Positions 28,401 to 38,800 of a stretch of 64,000 nt of DNA are shown here, in pieces. The position numbers and the translations under genes are program-made. The stretch's first letter is position 1. Each line of letters begins with the position of its first letter. Source of the DNA: Minisyncoccota bacterium (lineage in GTDB: Bacteria > Patescibacteriota > Minisyncoccia > UBA6257 > GWB1-50-10); assembly GCA_020059915.1 (NCBI GenBank), contig JAGVBB010000003.1:160610-224609 (forward strand). Reading direction: 5' to 3'. The notes beneath the pieces are model-generated. The model worked only from the letters and a program-made list of their open reading frames with translations, had not been told where the DNA came from and did no database searches.

Positions 28401-30320
28401 CTAGATGTCGAGATCCTTTACACTTGACGCGTGTGCCTGAATAAAACTCTTGCGTGGGGCGACCGATTCTCCCATGAGAACATCAAACATTTTATCTGCC
28501 TGAACAGCATCAGAAACATTCACCTGTTTTAATACTCTATTATTTGGATCAAGAGTTGTTTCCCACAATTGTGACGGATTCATCTCTCCCAAACCTTTAT
28601 AGCGCTGTACATTAACTCCATCTCCACCAAGTTGCTTTGTATACATATCCCGTTCTTTCTCTGCAAACGCATAATGAAATTCTTTTCCTTTTTGGACTCT
28701 GTATAAAGGTGGTTGTGCAATGTATAAGTATCCCCCATCAATAATTTGTGGGAAATATCGATAAAATAATGTAAGTAATAGTGTGCGAATGTGTGCGCCA
28801 TCAACATCAGCATCGGTCATTAAAATAATTTTATGATATCGAAGTTTTGTAATATCAAACTGATCAGAAATTGCGGTTCCAAGCGCTACCACAAGTGAAC
28901 GAATTTCTTTATTCAAAAGCATTTTATCAATGCGTGCCTTTTCAACATTTAAAATCTTTCCTTTTAATGGAAGTACCGCCTGCGTTCTACGATCCCTGCC
29001 CTGCTTACAAGAACCTCCTGCAGAATCTCCTTCAACAATAAATAATTCAGAATCCTCCGCTTTTCTTGAACTACAATCAGCAAGTTTTCCTGGAAGCGTG
29101 AGTCCCTCAAATGCTCCTTTGCGAAGCACGGTGTCCTTTGCCGCTTTTGCTGCTCTCCGCGCCTTTGCCGCCAATATATTTTTTTCTAATATTTTGCGAG
29201 CATCTGCCCCATATCGTTCTAAAAATTCTTTTAATGCCTCAGAAACGGCTGTTTCAACAGCAGCGCGCGCCTCAGTATTTCCTAATCGAGCCTTTGTTTG
29301 TCCTTCAAACTGTGGCTCACGAATTTTTATAGAAACAGCACCAACAATACCCTCACGAATATCGTCTCCTGTTAGATTCTCTTCTGATTCCTTTAAATAT
29401 CCCTCTCGGCGGGCATAGTCATTCAATGTCCTTGTAAGTGCCGACCGAAACCCAGTAAGGTGCGTTCCCCCATCTGGTGTATAAATATTATTTGCAAAAC
29501 TAAGTTCCTCTGCCTCCACTTCATCGGTGTAGGTAAATGCGGCCTCAATATCAATTCCATCAACTTCTTTATGTGCGTAAAATGAATTATTTTGAATTTT
29601 TTGCCTATTTCCCAACAAATAATCAAGGAGTGATAAAAGACCACCCTCAAAATAAAAACTATAATATCCGGTATTCTCTCCACGATTATCTACAACATCA
29701 ATACGAATGCTTTTTGTAAGATATGCCTGATTTCTTAAATAATCTAGAATTTTTTTAAGGTCAAAGTCGGTTTTTTGAAAAATCTCTGGATCCGGATTGA
29801 AAATAATCGTAGTCCCTGTCTTTTTCGTATTTCCTGTTTTCTTTACGTTATACTGTGGAACTCCACGTTTATATTCTTGCACATAAATTCCTCCATCTTT
29901 ATGGATCTCTGCTTTCATATATGTGGAAAGTGCATTTACTACAGAGACACCCACTCCATGCAATCCCCCAGAGACCTTATATGATCCACCATCAAATTTT
30001 CCCCCAGCATGTAATGTGCACAACGCAGTTTCAAGCGCTGACTTTTTTGTCTTTGGATGAATATCAACAGGAATACCACGACCGTCATCAGTTACGAGAA
30101 CCTCACCATTTTTTCGTAACTCAAGATATACATGTTTTGCATGTCCGGCCATTGCTTCGTCAATTGAGTTATTTACGATTTCCCAAACAAGATGGTGTAA
30201 TCCTTCTGGTCCTGTTGTGCCGATATACATTCCTGGACGCTTCCTTACTGGCTCCAATCCTTCAAGAACCTGTATATCTTTTGCACTATATGAGCCCTGT
30301 TTTTTTTCTTTTTCTGCCAT
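28401..30320 (-). CDS. gyrB: DNA gyrase subunit B
   Basis: [39 protein letters not shown]. Confidence 0.96.
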   Translation of the reverse strand: MAEKEKKQGSYSAKDIQVLEGLEPVRKRPGMYIGTTGPEGLHHLVWEIVNNSIDEAMAGHAKHVYLELRKNGEVLVTDDGRGIPVDIHPKTKKSALETALCTLHAGGKFDGGSYKVSGGLHGVGVSVVNALSTYMKAEIHKDGGIYVQEYKRGVPQYNVKKTGNTKKTGTTIIFNPDPEIFQKTDFDLKKILDYLRNQAYLTKSIRIDVVDNRGENTGYYSFYFEGGLLSLLDYLLGNRQKIQNNSFYAHKEVDGIDIEAAFTYTDEVEAEELSFANNIYTPDGGTHLTGFRSALTRTLNDYARREGYLKESEENLTGDDIREGIVGAVSIKIREPQFEGQTKARLGNTEARAAVETAVSEALKEFLERYGADARKILEKNILAAKARRAAKAAKDTVLRKGAFEGLTLPGKLADCSSRKAEDSELFIVEGDSAGGSCKQGRDRRTQAVLPLKGKILNVEKARIDKMLLNKEIRSLVVALGTAISDQFDITKLRYHKIILMTDADVDGAHIRTLLLTLFYRYFPQIIDGGYLYIAQPPLYRVQKGKEFHYAFAEKERDMYTKQLGGDGVNVQRYKGLGEMNPSQLWETTLDPNNRVLKQVNVSDAVQADKMFDVLMGESVAPRKSFIQAHASSVKDLDI

Positions 30321-30413
30321 AGATGATGTTGCTTTTCTAAAGAAAAAACGCCATATTCTGCGTCCTTTCCTTTCATTTATTGTATCACATATTACATCCA
30401 GAAGAAAGTAGGT

Positions 30414-31076
30414 TTAGCCCTCTTTTTTCCTACGTTTTTTGAGTATTTTCTTAATGAAAAAATATGTTATCCACAACACAAAAATTGCGATGCACGCATA
30501 AAACACATAGGCACCAAATTCTTCAATTTGACCAGCATAAATGACATATGCCTCTCCAAGTGACCACCCTAAAATCCCCATTAAAAATGCTCGTAATGCA
30601 CTCCCAAAAAAGGTGATGACAAAATATCGTTTTGCAGGATATTTAATAAGTCCACACATCGCCGATACCGCAATATTAGGAACTATGGGAAGAGCACGGA
30701 GTCCAAATAAAATCCACTCGTCCGCCTTTCCTTGTTTCATTTTATTATTTATTTTTTCAACATCGCTCCAATGAATACCAAACCACTTTCCATATTTTTT
30801 TATTATTGGTTCTCCTTCAAGATAAACAATTGCGTATATAAACATAGAACCAACTGCAAGTCCAAGACCACCTGGAATTACCACCTTAAATATCGATTGA
30901 AAAAGAACACTTGAAAATGAGTCATATGAAGGAAGAAGAAAAAATCCTGCAGCAAGAAGTGCAAATGACGAAGGGATTGGAGCGATCACCTCTTCAATAA
31001 CCGAAATAACAAAAACACCCCATGCACCATGGTGCTGAATAAATGGAGTGATATAAGCGATTAAATCGGTGAGCAT
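30414..31076 (-). CDS. DedA/VTT-family membrane protein
   Basis: EEVIAPIPS..LLAAG, LRALPIVP, multiple TM helices. Confidence 0.85.
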   Translation of the reverse strand: MLTDLIAYITPFIQHHGAWGVFVISVIEEVIAPIPSSFALLAAGFFLLPSYDSFSSVLFQSIFKVVIPGGLGLAVGSMFIYAIVYLEGEPIIKKYGKWFGIHWSDVEKINNKMKQGKADEWILFGLRALPIVPNIAVSAMCGLIKYPAKRYFVITFFGSALRAFLMGILGWSLGEAYVIYAGQIEEFGAYVFYACIAIFVLWITYFFIKKILKKRRKKEG

Positions 31077-31140
31077 CTTACTTACTATATTAAAACACTA
31101 TTGCAAATAAATGACAAAATTCGTAAAATAACTTATGTTC

Positions 31141-31212
31141 GGTCCCATCGTCTAACGGTTAGGACATTGCCCTCTCACGGCAAAAATAGGAGTTCGATTC
31201 TCCTTGGGACTA
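31141..31212 (+). tRNA. tRNA-Glu(CTC)
   Basis: GGTCCCATCGTCTAACGGTTAGGACATTGCCCTCTCACGGCAA...AGTTCGATTCTCCTTGGGACTA. Confidence 0.95.
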
Positions 31213-31274
31213 CAAGAAAACCCAACTATCCGTTGGGTTTTGAATTTCGAATTTTTCAATTATTCAATTTTCAA

Positions 31275-31315
31275 CCTGCCTGCCGCCTGCCTGTCCGGTA
31301 GGCAGGGCAGGCAGG
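31275..31315. repeat. Nested pair of CCTGCC...GGCAGG palindromic repeats
   Basis: Outer halves 31275-31285 and 31307-31315; inner copy 31286-31306. Confidence 0.85.
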
Positions 31316-31332
31316 TCTTTCAATTATTTTTT

Positions 31333-32646
31333 TTACTCTCCCTCATCATACATTCCCTTCTTTGATATCCATTCTATATTCTGTCGTGCTAATTTTTCTT
31401 TTGCTCGTTCTGGCTCCGCCATAATTTGTTTTACAATTCTTTCCATACGAACTCCTTGTGATCCCTTTATAAGAATAAGATCTCCCTTTTGAATCTTCTG
31501 TTCAAGTAATCGAACTGCCTCATGTATGGTATCCATAACAAAAACAGATTTTGTTCCCATCCCGCTATGAATCGCTCCTTCTGCAATAAGTTTTCCTCGA
31601 AGTCCAACAGTAATAAGCACATCAATTCCCTTTTTCTTCACCCGTTTTCCTAACTCCTCGTGTGCTTCCAATGTATATTTTCCAAGCTCAAGCATATCAC
31701 CAAGTACAGCAATCTTTCTTTTTGCAGGAAGAGAAGATAATGTATCAATCGCATTTTCCATAGCTTTTGGAGCAGCATTATATGTATCGTCAATGATCAT
31801 ACTTTCCCGTATTCCTTGAATGCAACACAGGCGTCCTGCGGGTGCCTCATATCGCGAAAGTGTATCGGCAATTTTTACCAGATTCATTCCGAATACAAGC
31901 CCCACTGCCGCAGCAATAGAGGAAGAAAATGCTTGTGCTTCTCCAAGTGCTCCATCAATACGAAGAGGAATAAAGCTTCCTCCATACGTGAGTTTCATTG
32001 ATATACCCGCATGCGTGCCATCAAAATGATTGGAAAAATTTGTAACACGAACATCGGCATGTTCGGATAATCCAAAAGTAACCACCTGCGCCCGTGTTTC
32101 TGTTTTCACACGCATTACCAGTGGATCGTCTGCATTAAGAATTGCAAATCCTGTTGCAGGCAATTGAGTGATCAATTTTGCTTTTTCTTTTGCAACCTGT
32201 TCTGGACCGGTAAAATACTCAATATGAACAGGTATTTTCCCCACTGCAGTAAATACTCCAATATGAGGACGGGCAATATCCAATAATTTTTTCATGTCCC
32301 CTGGTCTATCAATGCCATATTCCAAAACTAATACCTCGGGATATGTTTTCTCTCTAAAAATTATTTTATAAATTCCCCTACATAGTACATGCAACCAAAA
32401 AAACACTCCTCCAATTGCATCAAAGTCTCCAATAATTGTTAATGGAAGACCGAGCTCATTATTAAAATTTTTCGATGGTGCGCGAACAACTCTATCACAA
32501 GAAATAACCTCCTTGATTGCTTCTTTTGCAGAAGTTTTTCCAACACTACCAGTAATACCGATAATCATTGGATTATATTTTTGTATTATTGCTCGAGCAA
32601 TATACTTCAAAAAAACTTCTAATATCAAAATACTAAATTTCTTCAT
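31333..32646 (-). CDS. murF: UDP-MurNAc-tripeptide--D-Ala-D-Ala ligase
   Basis: GITGSVGKTS, NNELGLPLT, IDDTYNA, LGDMLELG, LIKGS. Confidence 0.95.
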   Translation of the reverse strand: MKKFSILILEVFLKYIARAIIQKYNPMIIGITGSVGKTSAKEAIKEVISCDRVVRAPSKNFNNELGLPLTIIGDFDAIGGVFFWLHVLCRGIYKIIFREKTYPEVLVLEYGIDRPGDMKKLLDIARPHIGVFTAVGKIPVHIEYFTGPEQVAKEKAKLITQLPATGFAILNADDPLVMRVKTETRAQVVTFGLSEHADVRVTNFSNHFDGTHAGISMKLTYGGSFIPLRIDGALGEAQAFSSSIAAAVGLVFGMNLVKIADTLSRYEAPAGRLCCIQGIRESMIIDDTYNAAPKAMENAIDTLSSLPAKRKIAVLGDMLELGKYTLEAHEELGKRVKKKGIDVLITVGLRGKLIAEGAIHSGMGTKSVFVMDTIHEAVRLLEQKIQKGDLILIKGSQGVRMERIVKQIMAEPERAKEKLARQNIEWISKKGMYDEGE

Positions 32647-34247
32647 TATTGAGTTATAATCTTTTCAATACGATCGGGGGGTATGTTGTAATAGTTAAGA
32701 ATATATTGGGCAAATGTTTTAAATGCTGGCACAACAGTCATCCCAGCTAACGGTTTATCAGGACGATCTAACTTTATAAGAATGATAAATCGAGGATTTG
32801 TTGCTGGAGCAAATCCAACATAAGATTGAATTAATTCTTCAGAATACCCGCCCCTTTTAGGATCCGGAATAAATGCTGTTCCTGTTTTTCCAGCGACATG
32901 ATAATTTGGAATTGCCGCTATTTTTGCTTTATCAACCGCTGATTCTAACATTAATCGGACTTTTTCTGCAGTTTCCTTGGACATAACACGTCGAACAACT
33001 TGTGCTCTTCCGTCGGCACGTACATATGGCTTCATCAATAACCCACCATTGGCAATAGCAGAAAAGGCAGTAACTAACTGGACGGGGGTAACTGATATCC
33101 CCTGTCCGTATGCAGCGGTTGCGTAGTCGATAGAAAATGTCTTTTTTTGTTCCAAATTTTTCAAACTTCCTCGAACTTCATCTGGTAAATCAATCTCCGT
33201 TAATTCTCCAAAACCAAATTTTTTTAAGTACGAAAGGAATGTTGTATTCCCCGTCTGTTGTTGTGCAAACACCGTCGCAGTATTTATAGAAAGCTCAATA
33301 GCATTTGTCATAGTCACCTTTCCGTGTGCCTTTAAATCCCAATTTCTTATTGTCCTTCCATTTAATGTCATACTTCCCGTATCAATATAAGTAGTATCTG
33401 GTGTTAGAGCGCCCGAATCAATTCCAGCAGCCATGGTAAATGGCTTGAATACTGAACCTGGTTCATATACATATTGCACTGCGGCATTTATAAAATTTTG
33501 AATTGGAAATTTTTTGTATTCATTTGGATCAAAACCAGGACTATTTGCCAGTGCTAGAATTTTTCCTGTTGTTGGTTCTTGGACAATAACTGTTCCTCCA
33601 GTTCCATGATGATCAGTGATCAATTTTTTAAGTGTCCTCTCTGCCTCTGCTTGTATGTCTCTATCAATGGTAAATTCGATAGAATCTCCTTTTGCAAGTT
33701 CACTATTATACATTTTTTCTATGCCATATAATCCAATCGGTTCACTAGCATCTTCATTTACTCCAACAAACCCAACAAGCTGAGAGGCAAGCTCACCAAA
33801 TGAATAATATCGATATTGTTGTGTATCGGTATAGATACCGGGAATATTGAGAGCTCTAATTGTTGCGAGCGTCTGATTGTCTGCTTTATTTTTCAAAAGT
33901 TTGAATAAACTTTGTTTATTTGAAAAATCTTTTTCAAGTGCTGCACTATCAAGTGAAAAAATTTCTGCGATTGTTTTTGATACTTCTTTTGGATTTTCAA
34001 TTTTCTGCGGAACAGCATAAATCATCGGAAAATCCTTATTTAATGCAATCTGTACTGTCCCTCCACTTCTATCAGAAAACAAAATACTCCCTCTACGGAG
34101 ATTTTTCTCTGTTCTTAGTGCAATTTGCGCCTCAATTTTATTCGTAAAATCCTTCCCCTTCTCGATTTGTATCCTATACAGATTCACGCCGAGAACGGCA
34201 AACAAAATAGTGAAAAGTCCAGTGATAATATAAAAGCGAACCTTCAT
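32646..34247 (-). CDS. ftsI: Class B penicillin-binding protein (FtsI-like)
   Basis: EPGSVFK (SxxK), SIN (SxN), KTGT; in the dcw cluster. Confidence 0.88.
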   Translation of the reverse strand: MKVRFYIITGLFTILFAVLGVNLYRIQIEKGKDFTNKIEAQIALRTEKNLRRGSILFSDRSGGTVQIALNKDFPMIYAVPQKIENPKEVSKTIAEIFSLDSAALEKDFSNKQSLFKLLKNKADNQTLATIRALNIPGIYTDTQQYRYYSFGELASQLVGFVGVNEDASEPIGLYGIEKMYNSELAKGDSIEFTIDRDIQAEAERTLKKLITDHHGTGGTVIVQEPTTGKILALANSPGFDPNEYKKFPIQNFINAAVQYVYEPGSVFKPFTMAAGIDSGALTPDTTYIDTGSMTLNGRTIRNWDLKAHGKVTMTNAIELSINTATVFAQQQTGNTTFLSYLKKFGFGELTEIDLPDEVRGSLKNLEQKKTFSIDYATAAYGQGISVTPVQLVTAFSAIANGGLLMKPYVRADGRAQVVRRVMSKETAEKVRLMLESAVDKAKIAAIPNYHVAGKTGTAFIPDPKRGGYSEELIQSYVGFAPATNPRFIILIKLDRPDKPLAGMTVVPAFKTFAQYILNYYNIPPDRIEKIITQ

Positions 34248-34257
34248 TATTGCATTG

Positions 34258-34545
34258 TTATCTTGTCGTCACATAGTGCGGCCGCGACTCCTTCAATAAT
34301 CCAGAATCTACACCCACCGCTTCAAGTCGAGCGGGATCAATCATTGCATATAATTCACTTTTTAGATCTGCATTTTCCTGTTGGAGAACCCCAATAGATT
34401 TTTTTAGTGTGTTGATTGAATTTCTCGTTTCCGCAAGTGTAGTATATTCAGAAATATAAAAGCCACCGCATATTAATAATACACCAAATAATGAATAGAG
34501 AAAATATTTTATTGAAGACGATTTATGTGGACGAATGATAGTCAT
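34258..34545 (-). CDS. FtsL-like cell division protein
   Basis: TM helix plus leucine zipper, between rsmH and ftsI. Confidence 0.7.
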   Translation of the reverse strand: MTIIRPHKSSSIKYFLYSLFGVLLICGGFYISEYTTLAETRNSINTLKKSIGVLQQENADLKSELYAMIDPARLEAVGVDSGLLKESRPHYVTTR

Positions 34546-34566
34546 GGTTTTTTATGTTTTAATATA

Positions 34567-35451
34567 TTAAATAATTTTGATGGAACGAATTTTTGCCGAT
34601 CGACTTCTTGGATTATTTTTTATTTCTTCTCGTTTTGGTGAAATCGGTTTTTTGTGAAGCAGTTCCGCTTTTCCTATTTTGACAAGATCCTTAAATCCTT
34701 CTTTCACCACCTTATCTTCAAGTGAATGAAAGGTAATAATTGCCACTCGACCGCCTGGTTTGATACACTCGGGAATCGCTTTCAATATCAATGCAACATT
34801 TTCAAGTTCATGATTTACTGCAATGCGAAGCGCTTGGAATACTCGTGTTGCTGGATGAATCTTTCCTTTTCGTGCAAACGGTGGAACTGTGTGAAAAATG
34901 ACATTTTCAAGTTCTTTTGTTCGCTCAAATCTTTTCTTCTTTCTCGCCTCATAGATTGCTTTTGCAATACGTCCCGCATATCGTTCGCCTCCAAAAGCAT
35001 GAAATAATGTTTCCAATTCATGTTCCCTATATTGATTTACGATATCTGCAGCACTTTCATATTCACCGCTGTACCGCATATCAAGTGGACCATCATGTTG
35101 GAAACTAAATCCCCGTTCTGCATCCTCTACTTGATCAGAAGAAAAACCAAGATCAAGAATGAGTCCATCTGCCTTTGGCAAACGCTCTTCTGTTAATAAT
35201 TCTGGAATATCACGATAATTTGCATTCTTCACTATAATTTCTGGAACGTCTCTCCCTTCGGGAACAGAAAAATTTGAGACTGCTTTTCCATCCCAATCAA
35301 TACATAACATTTTTCCAAAATTCCCAATTCGTTCTACAATTGCTTGTGTATGCCCACCTCCACCCAATGTCCCATCAATGAAGAACTCACCTGGTTTTGG
35401 ATCAAGAATCTCTATTGTTTCTCTTAAAAGAACTGGAATATGTTTTGACAT
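34567..35451 (-). CDS. rsmH: 16S rRNA m4C1402 methyltransferase
   Basis: HIPVLL, DGTLGGGGH, ATRVFQALRI, NPRSRSAK. Confidence 0.97.
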   Translation of the reverse strand: MSKHIPVLLRETIEILDPKPGEFFIDGTLGGGGHTQAIVERIGNFGKMLCIDWDGKAVSNFSVPEGRDVPEIIVKNANYRDIPELLTEERLPKADGLILDLGFSSDQVEDAERGFSFQHDGPLDMRYSGEYESAADIVNQYREHELETLFHAFGGERYAGRIAKAIYEARKKKRFERTKELENVIFHTVPPFARKGKIHPATRVFQALRIAVNHELENVALILKAIPECIKPGGRVAIITFHSLEDKVVKEGFKDLVKIGKAELLHKKPISPKREEIKNNPRSRSAKIRSIKII

Positions 35452-35455
35452 AGTC

Positions 35456-35887
35456 CTAAATTCCTAACTCCCCCAACTTCTCGGCTATTTCATCTGATGC
35501 TGATTCTGTACGTGCTTTATATTCATTCCACGCCGTCTCATCCCAGATCTCAACGCGATTATAGACACCAGCAACTACCACCTGCTTCTTTATGCCAGCA
35601 TACTCACGTAAATAATCAGGAATTAGTACTCGGCCCTGTACATCAACTTTTACATCCATTGCACCAGCAAGCATCAAACGTGAAAACGCTCGAGAATTGG
35701 CCTGTGCGAGTGGAAGATCGTTGATTTTTTTTGCAAGATTCTCCCACTCACTAAGACCGAAGATAAAAAGGCAGTGGTCAAGACCTCTAGTGACAATCGC
35801 CCCACCTTGAAACGCCTGCCGGAACTTCGCAGGAACCGCAACGCGCCCCTTTTCATCTATAGTATGTTTGTATTCTCCGAGAAGCAT
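35456..35887 (-). CDS. mraZ: Transcriptional regulator MraZ
   Basis: DEKGRV.VP and DVQGRVLIP duplicated motifs. Confidence 0.97.
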   Translation of the reverse strand: MLLGEYKHTIDEKGRVAVPAKFRQAFQGGAIVTRGLDHCLFIFGLSEWENLAKKINDLPLAQANSRAFSRLMLAGAMDVKVDVQGRVLIPDYLREYAGIKKQVVVAGVYNRVEIWDETAWNEYKARTESASDEIAEKLGELGI

Positions 35888-35906
35888 TTGTTGGCGTTTT
35901 TATTGA

Positions 35907-35955
35907 TTATCCCCAGATTTCGACCTTATCCACACTTTTATCCACAATTCCCCAC
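35907..35955 (-). promoter_or_regulatory. Tandem GTGG(G/A) boxes upstream of mraZ (MraZ operator; two are perfect DnaA-box sequences)
   Basis: Minus strand GTGGGGAATTGTGGATAAAAGTGTGGATAA...TGGGGATAA; TTATCCACA at 35926 and 35938. Confidence 0.65.
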
Positions 35956-36187
35956 TTACATACACAAGTATACCATTATTCCCCGCTTTTATGTAGTTCT
36001 TCATTTTTATGAATGAGACTAAAAAAACCATTATAAAATAAGGGTTTTTAGAAGTATGAGTTATCAACAGTTGATGTTTTTTGCGTTTGTGTTCTTTAAC
36101 TTTTTTGAACACGATCTTTCCGATATTCCCCACTTTTCATTTAAAAAACAAACAAACCTTCTGAAAATAATTTTTATATAACAAATA

Positions 36188-36216
36188 TTGACTACAATCA
36201 TTTTTCAGTTTATAAT
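36188..36216 (+). promoter_or_regulatory. Sigma70 promoter TTGACT-N17-TATAAT
   Basis: Near-consensus, upstream of ORF 36255. Confidence 0.7.
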
Positions 36217-36254
36217 CTGAATAACATTAACAAACTAAATTTACAGGAGAAAAA

Positions 36255-36530
36255 ATGGATTTACCAAAAATCATCGGCATCATTGCCATGTTCCTTGCTT
36301 TAGCAAGTTTCGTTTATGCATTAGTAACTGATCCGTGGGATCCAAACGTAAAAAGAAAACAATTATTAGTTTCCTCTGCACTCATTGCTTTTTTTGGAAC
36401 AATCTTTGGTGTCTGCGTTGGTGTTGATTGCGCTAGTATAGCAGCTGGATTGACGTGTAGCGGAATATTTATTTTACTTGCGTTCATAATATTATTAGTA
36501 CGAAGAAATATAGAACCGATTATATATTAG
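36255..36530 (+). CDS. Hypothetical 3-TM membrane protein
   Basis: AGGAG SD; hydrophobic segments. Confidence 0.7.
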   Translation: MDLPKIIGIIAMFLALASFVYALVTDPWDPNVKRKQLLVSSALIAFFGTIFGVCVGVDCASIAAGLTCSGIFILLAFIILLVRRNIEPIIY

Positions 36531-36545
36531 AAAATAGGAGGTTAT

Positions 36546-36881
36546 ATGCTATTTTTCCCTTTTTGGTGTTACTCGTTGCTTGGCTTATTGGGCATCTTCT
36601 ACGGACTCTATTTAGGAAGCTCTTTCCTAAGAAAGGAGTCCGGAACAAGTTACAGAAGTAAACTTGCAACCGTGATTGTAGTTCTCACTCTCAGTTCTTT
36701 AATTGTTGTACTCTCAGTTGCTGAAAGCATGAGGTATCTTCTATACCTTTCCATCATTACTTGGATAGTAATGATATTTATATGGACAGATAAAAAGATA
36801 AAGGGAATACAGAATTTCATTTCGTTTGTTCTTTTACTGCTTGCATCGGCGTTACTGATTTATATACGATTTCATTCATAA
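36546..36881 (+). CDS. Hypothetical 4-TM membrane protein
   Basis: AGGAGG SD; hydrophobic segments. Confidence 0.7.
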   Translation: MLFFPFWCYSLLGLLGIFYGLYLGSSFLRKESGTSYRSKLATVIVVLTLSSLIVVLSVAESMRYLLYLSIITWIVMIFIWTDKKIKGIQNFISFVLLLLASALLIYIRFHS

Positions 36882-37013
36882 GACCCTAAATGGGTCTTTT
36901 TATTAAAAATAACAAAAATATACAATGGGGAGATTTTTGAAATTTAATCTCCTCATCGTATATTTCTTATATTATCCTGTTTTTACATATTTTTTATTGA
37001 TATAATTTATAGA

Positions 37014-38288
37014 ATGTTCAAAGGAATACGAAAGTTTGCTAGGTCAGCCGGCCCAGGAATAATTACTGGTGCTGCTGATGATGATCCATCTGGAATCGCA
37101 ACGTACTCACAAACTGGTGCCCAATTCGGATACGGACAATTATGGACCGCACTCTTTACGCTTCCCTTTTTGATTTCTATTCAAGAAGCGTGCGCACGTA
37201 TCGGCGCGGTACAAGGAAAAGGAATTGCCGCAGTAATAAAAGAACATTACAAAAAATGGGTTTTATATACAGTTGTATCCCTTGTTCTTATCGCTAACAC
37301 TATAAACATCGGGGCAAATCTCGGTGCTATGGGAGCAGCAACAAAACTTATTATCCCTATTCCCCTTCCGATACTTTTGCTATTTTTTTCCTTTCTCATT
37401 CTCTTCCTCGAAATTTTTATCTCATACAAATCATACGCAAAAATCTTGAAATGGTTCACCATTACCCTCCTTGCATACCCCATAACCGTCCTCCTTATAC
37501 AAATTCCGTGGAGTAAAGTTTTTTATGCAACATTTGTCCCAAATTTTGAATTGAGTTTTGGGTTTTTATTTATTATCACTGGAGTGGTAGGAACTACTAT
37601 CTCTCCTTACATGTTTTTTTGGCAAGCATCAGAAGAGGTTGAGGAAGAACGCATGAAGCATCTGATAGTGCATGGAAAACCAAAAATAACTCAACGTTTT
37701 TTGAAAGCAATAAAAAAAGACACTGCTATAGGAATGTTTTCATCAAACGTTGCTACATGGTGTATTATCGTTGTCGCGGGAACAGTACTATTTGCAGAAG
37801 GCATTACCGACATAAGAACAGCGGCAGATGCAGCACGAGCATTAGAACCACTTGTACAAACGTTTCCTAATGCCGGTTTCCTCGCAAAACTTATATTTTC
37901 AATTGGAATACTAGGTCTTGGGTTCCTTTCGATCCCCATACTCTCTGCTTCTGCATCATATGCAATATCAGAGGCATTTGGCTGGAAAGAGGGTTTGAAC
38001 CATAAATTTAAGCAAGCACAAGGGTTCTACGGTGTTATTATCGTAGCAACTGTCGTGGGACTCATGATTAATTTCATTGGTATTAATCCCATGAAAGCTC
38101 TTGTGTTTACTGCTGTGTTTAATGGGGTTGCTGCCATCCCTCTCATATTTATCATTGCCCGCACCGCACAGAACAAAAAAATAATGGGCGAATATGCAAG
38201 TGGCATACTTTCAAAAATATTTGTTTGGGTAACATTTATACTTATGGCAACTGCCGCTATTTTGATGTTCTATACACTAGCGAGATAG
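37014..38288 (+). CDS. NRAMP-family divalent metal transporter
   Basis: GPGIITGAADDDPSGIATYSQTGAQFGY, GTTISPYMFFWQ. Confidence 0.92.
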   Translation: MFKGIRKFARSAGPGIITGAADDDPSGIATYSQTGAQFGYGQLWTALFTLPFLISIQEACARIGAVQGKGIAAVIKEHYKKWVLYTVVSLVLIANTINIGANLGAMGAATKLIIPIPLPILLLFFSFLILFLEIFISYKSYAKILKWFTITLLAYPITVLLIQIPWSKVFYATFVPNFELSFGFLFIITGVVGTTISPYMFFWQASEEVEEERMKHLIVHGKPKITQRFLKAIKKDTAIGMFSSNVATWCIIVVAGTVLFAEGITDIRTAADAARALEPLVQTFPNAGFLAKLIFSIGILGLGFLSIPILSASASYAISEAFGWKEGLNHKFKQAQGFYGVIIVATVVGLMINFIGINPMKALVFTAVFNGVAAIPLIFIIARTAQNKKIMGEYASGILSKIFVWVTFILMATAAILMFYTLAR

Positions 38289-38346
38289 GGTTTAGTGTCT
38301 AGGGGTTGGGGTTTAGAAAAATCTCCACATATATGTGGAGATTAAA

Positions 38347-38682
38347 CTAATTCTTTTTATATGCCGTATTCAATATATGTATAACATCAGAAAGATCCCT
38401 ACAATGCAAAATCGCATTAGAAAATGATTTTAAAACAGAATTTTTCATCCCATCTGGAGTTAAATCATCGGTATAAAAATTTAAGAAAACCTCCGCTGTT
38501 TTTGCAACAGAATAAAGATTCTTTTCCTTATACAATTCTGCACCAAAAAAACCTATATTTGATTTCTTAACAACTACACCATCCTGTGCAACACTAATCC
38601 AACATGGTTCATTTGTGTCAGTCCTAAATCTCGCCCAACAGGCTCCGCCCTCAACATCCTTAAACGAAATGATTTTTATCAT
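38347..38682 (-). CDS. Hypothetical protein
   Basis: ORF track; downstream of tRNA-Val. Confidence 0.6.
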   Translation of the reverse strand: MIKIISFKDVEGGACWARFRTDTNEPCWISVAQDGVVVKKSNIGFFGAELYKEKNLYSVAKTAEVFLNFYTDDLTPDGMKNSVLKSFSNAILHCRDLSDVIHILNTAYKKN

Positions 38683-38800
38683 ATTTGTATTCTAGTAGAA
38701 TTCAATAAATTTGAACAAACGTTATTATAGTTGCTGCTATTCTAATGCTTTACACGCTTTGTAATGGAGTTTAAAAAGACGAAACTCAACAAAAGTGAAA

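Noticed and set aside
16451-30320. Inteins or introns in dnaE and gyrB
   Set aside because: Lengths are normal and motifs are contiguous
35900-36133. Replication origin at the DnaA-box cluster
   Set aside because: No dnaA/dnaN nearby and gene strand bias stays minus on both sides; MraZ operator explains the boxes
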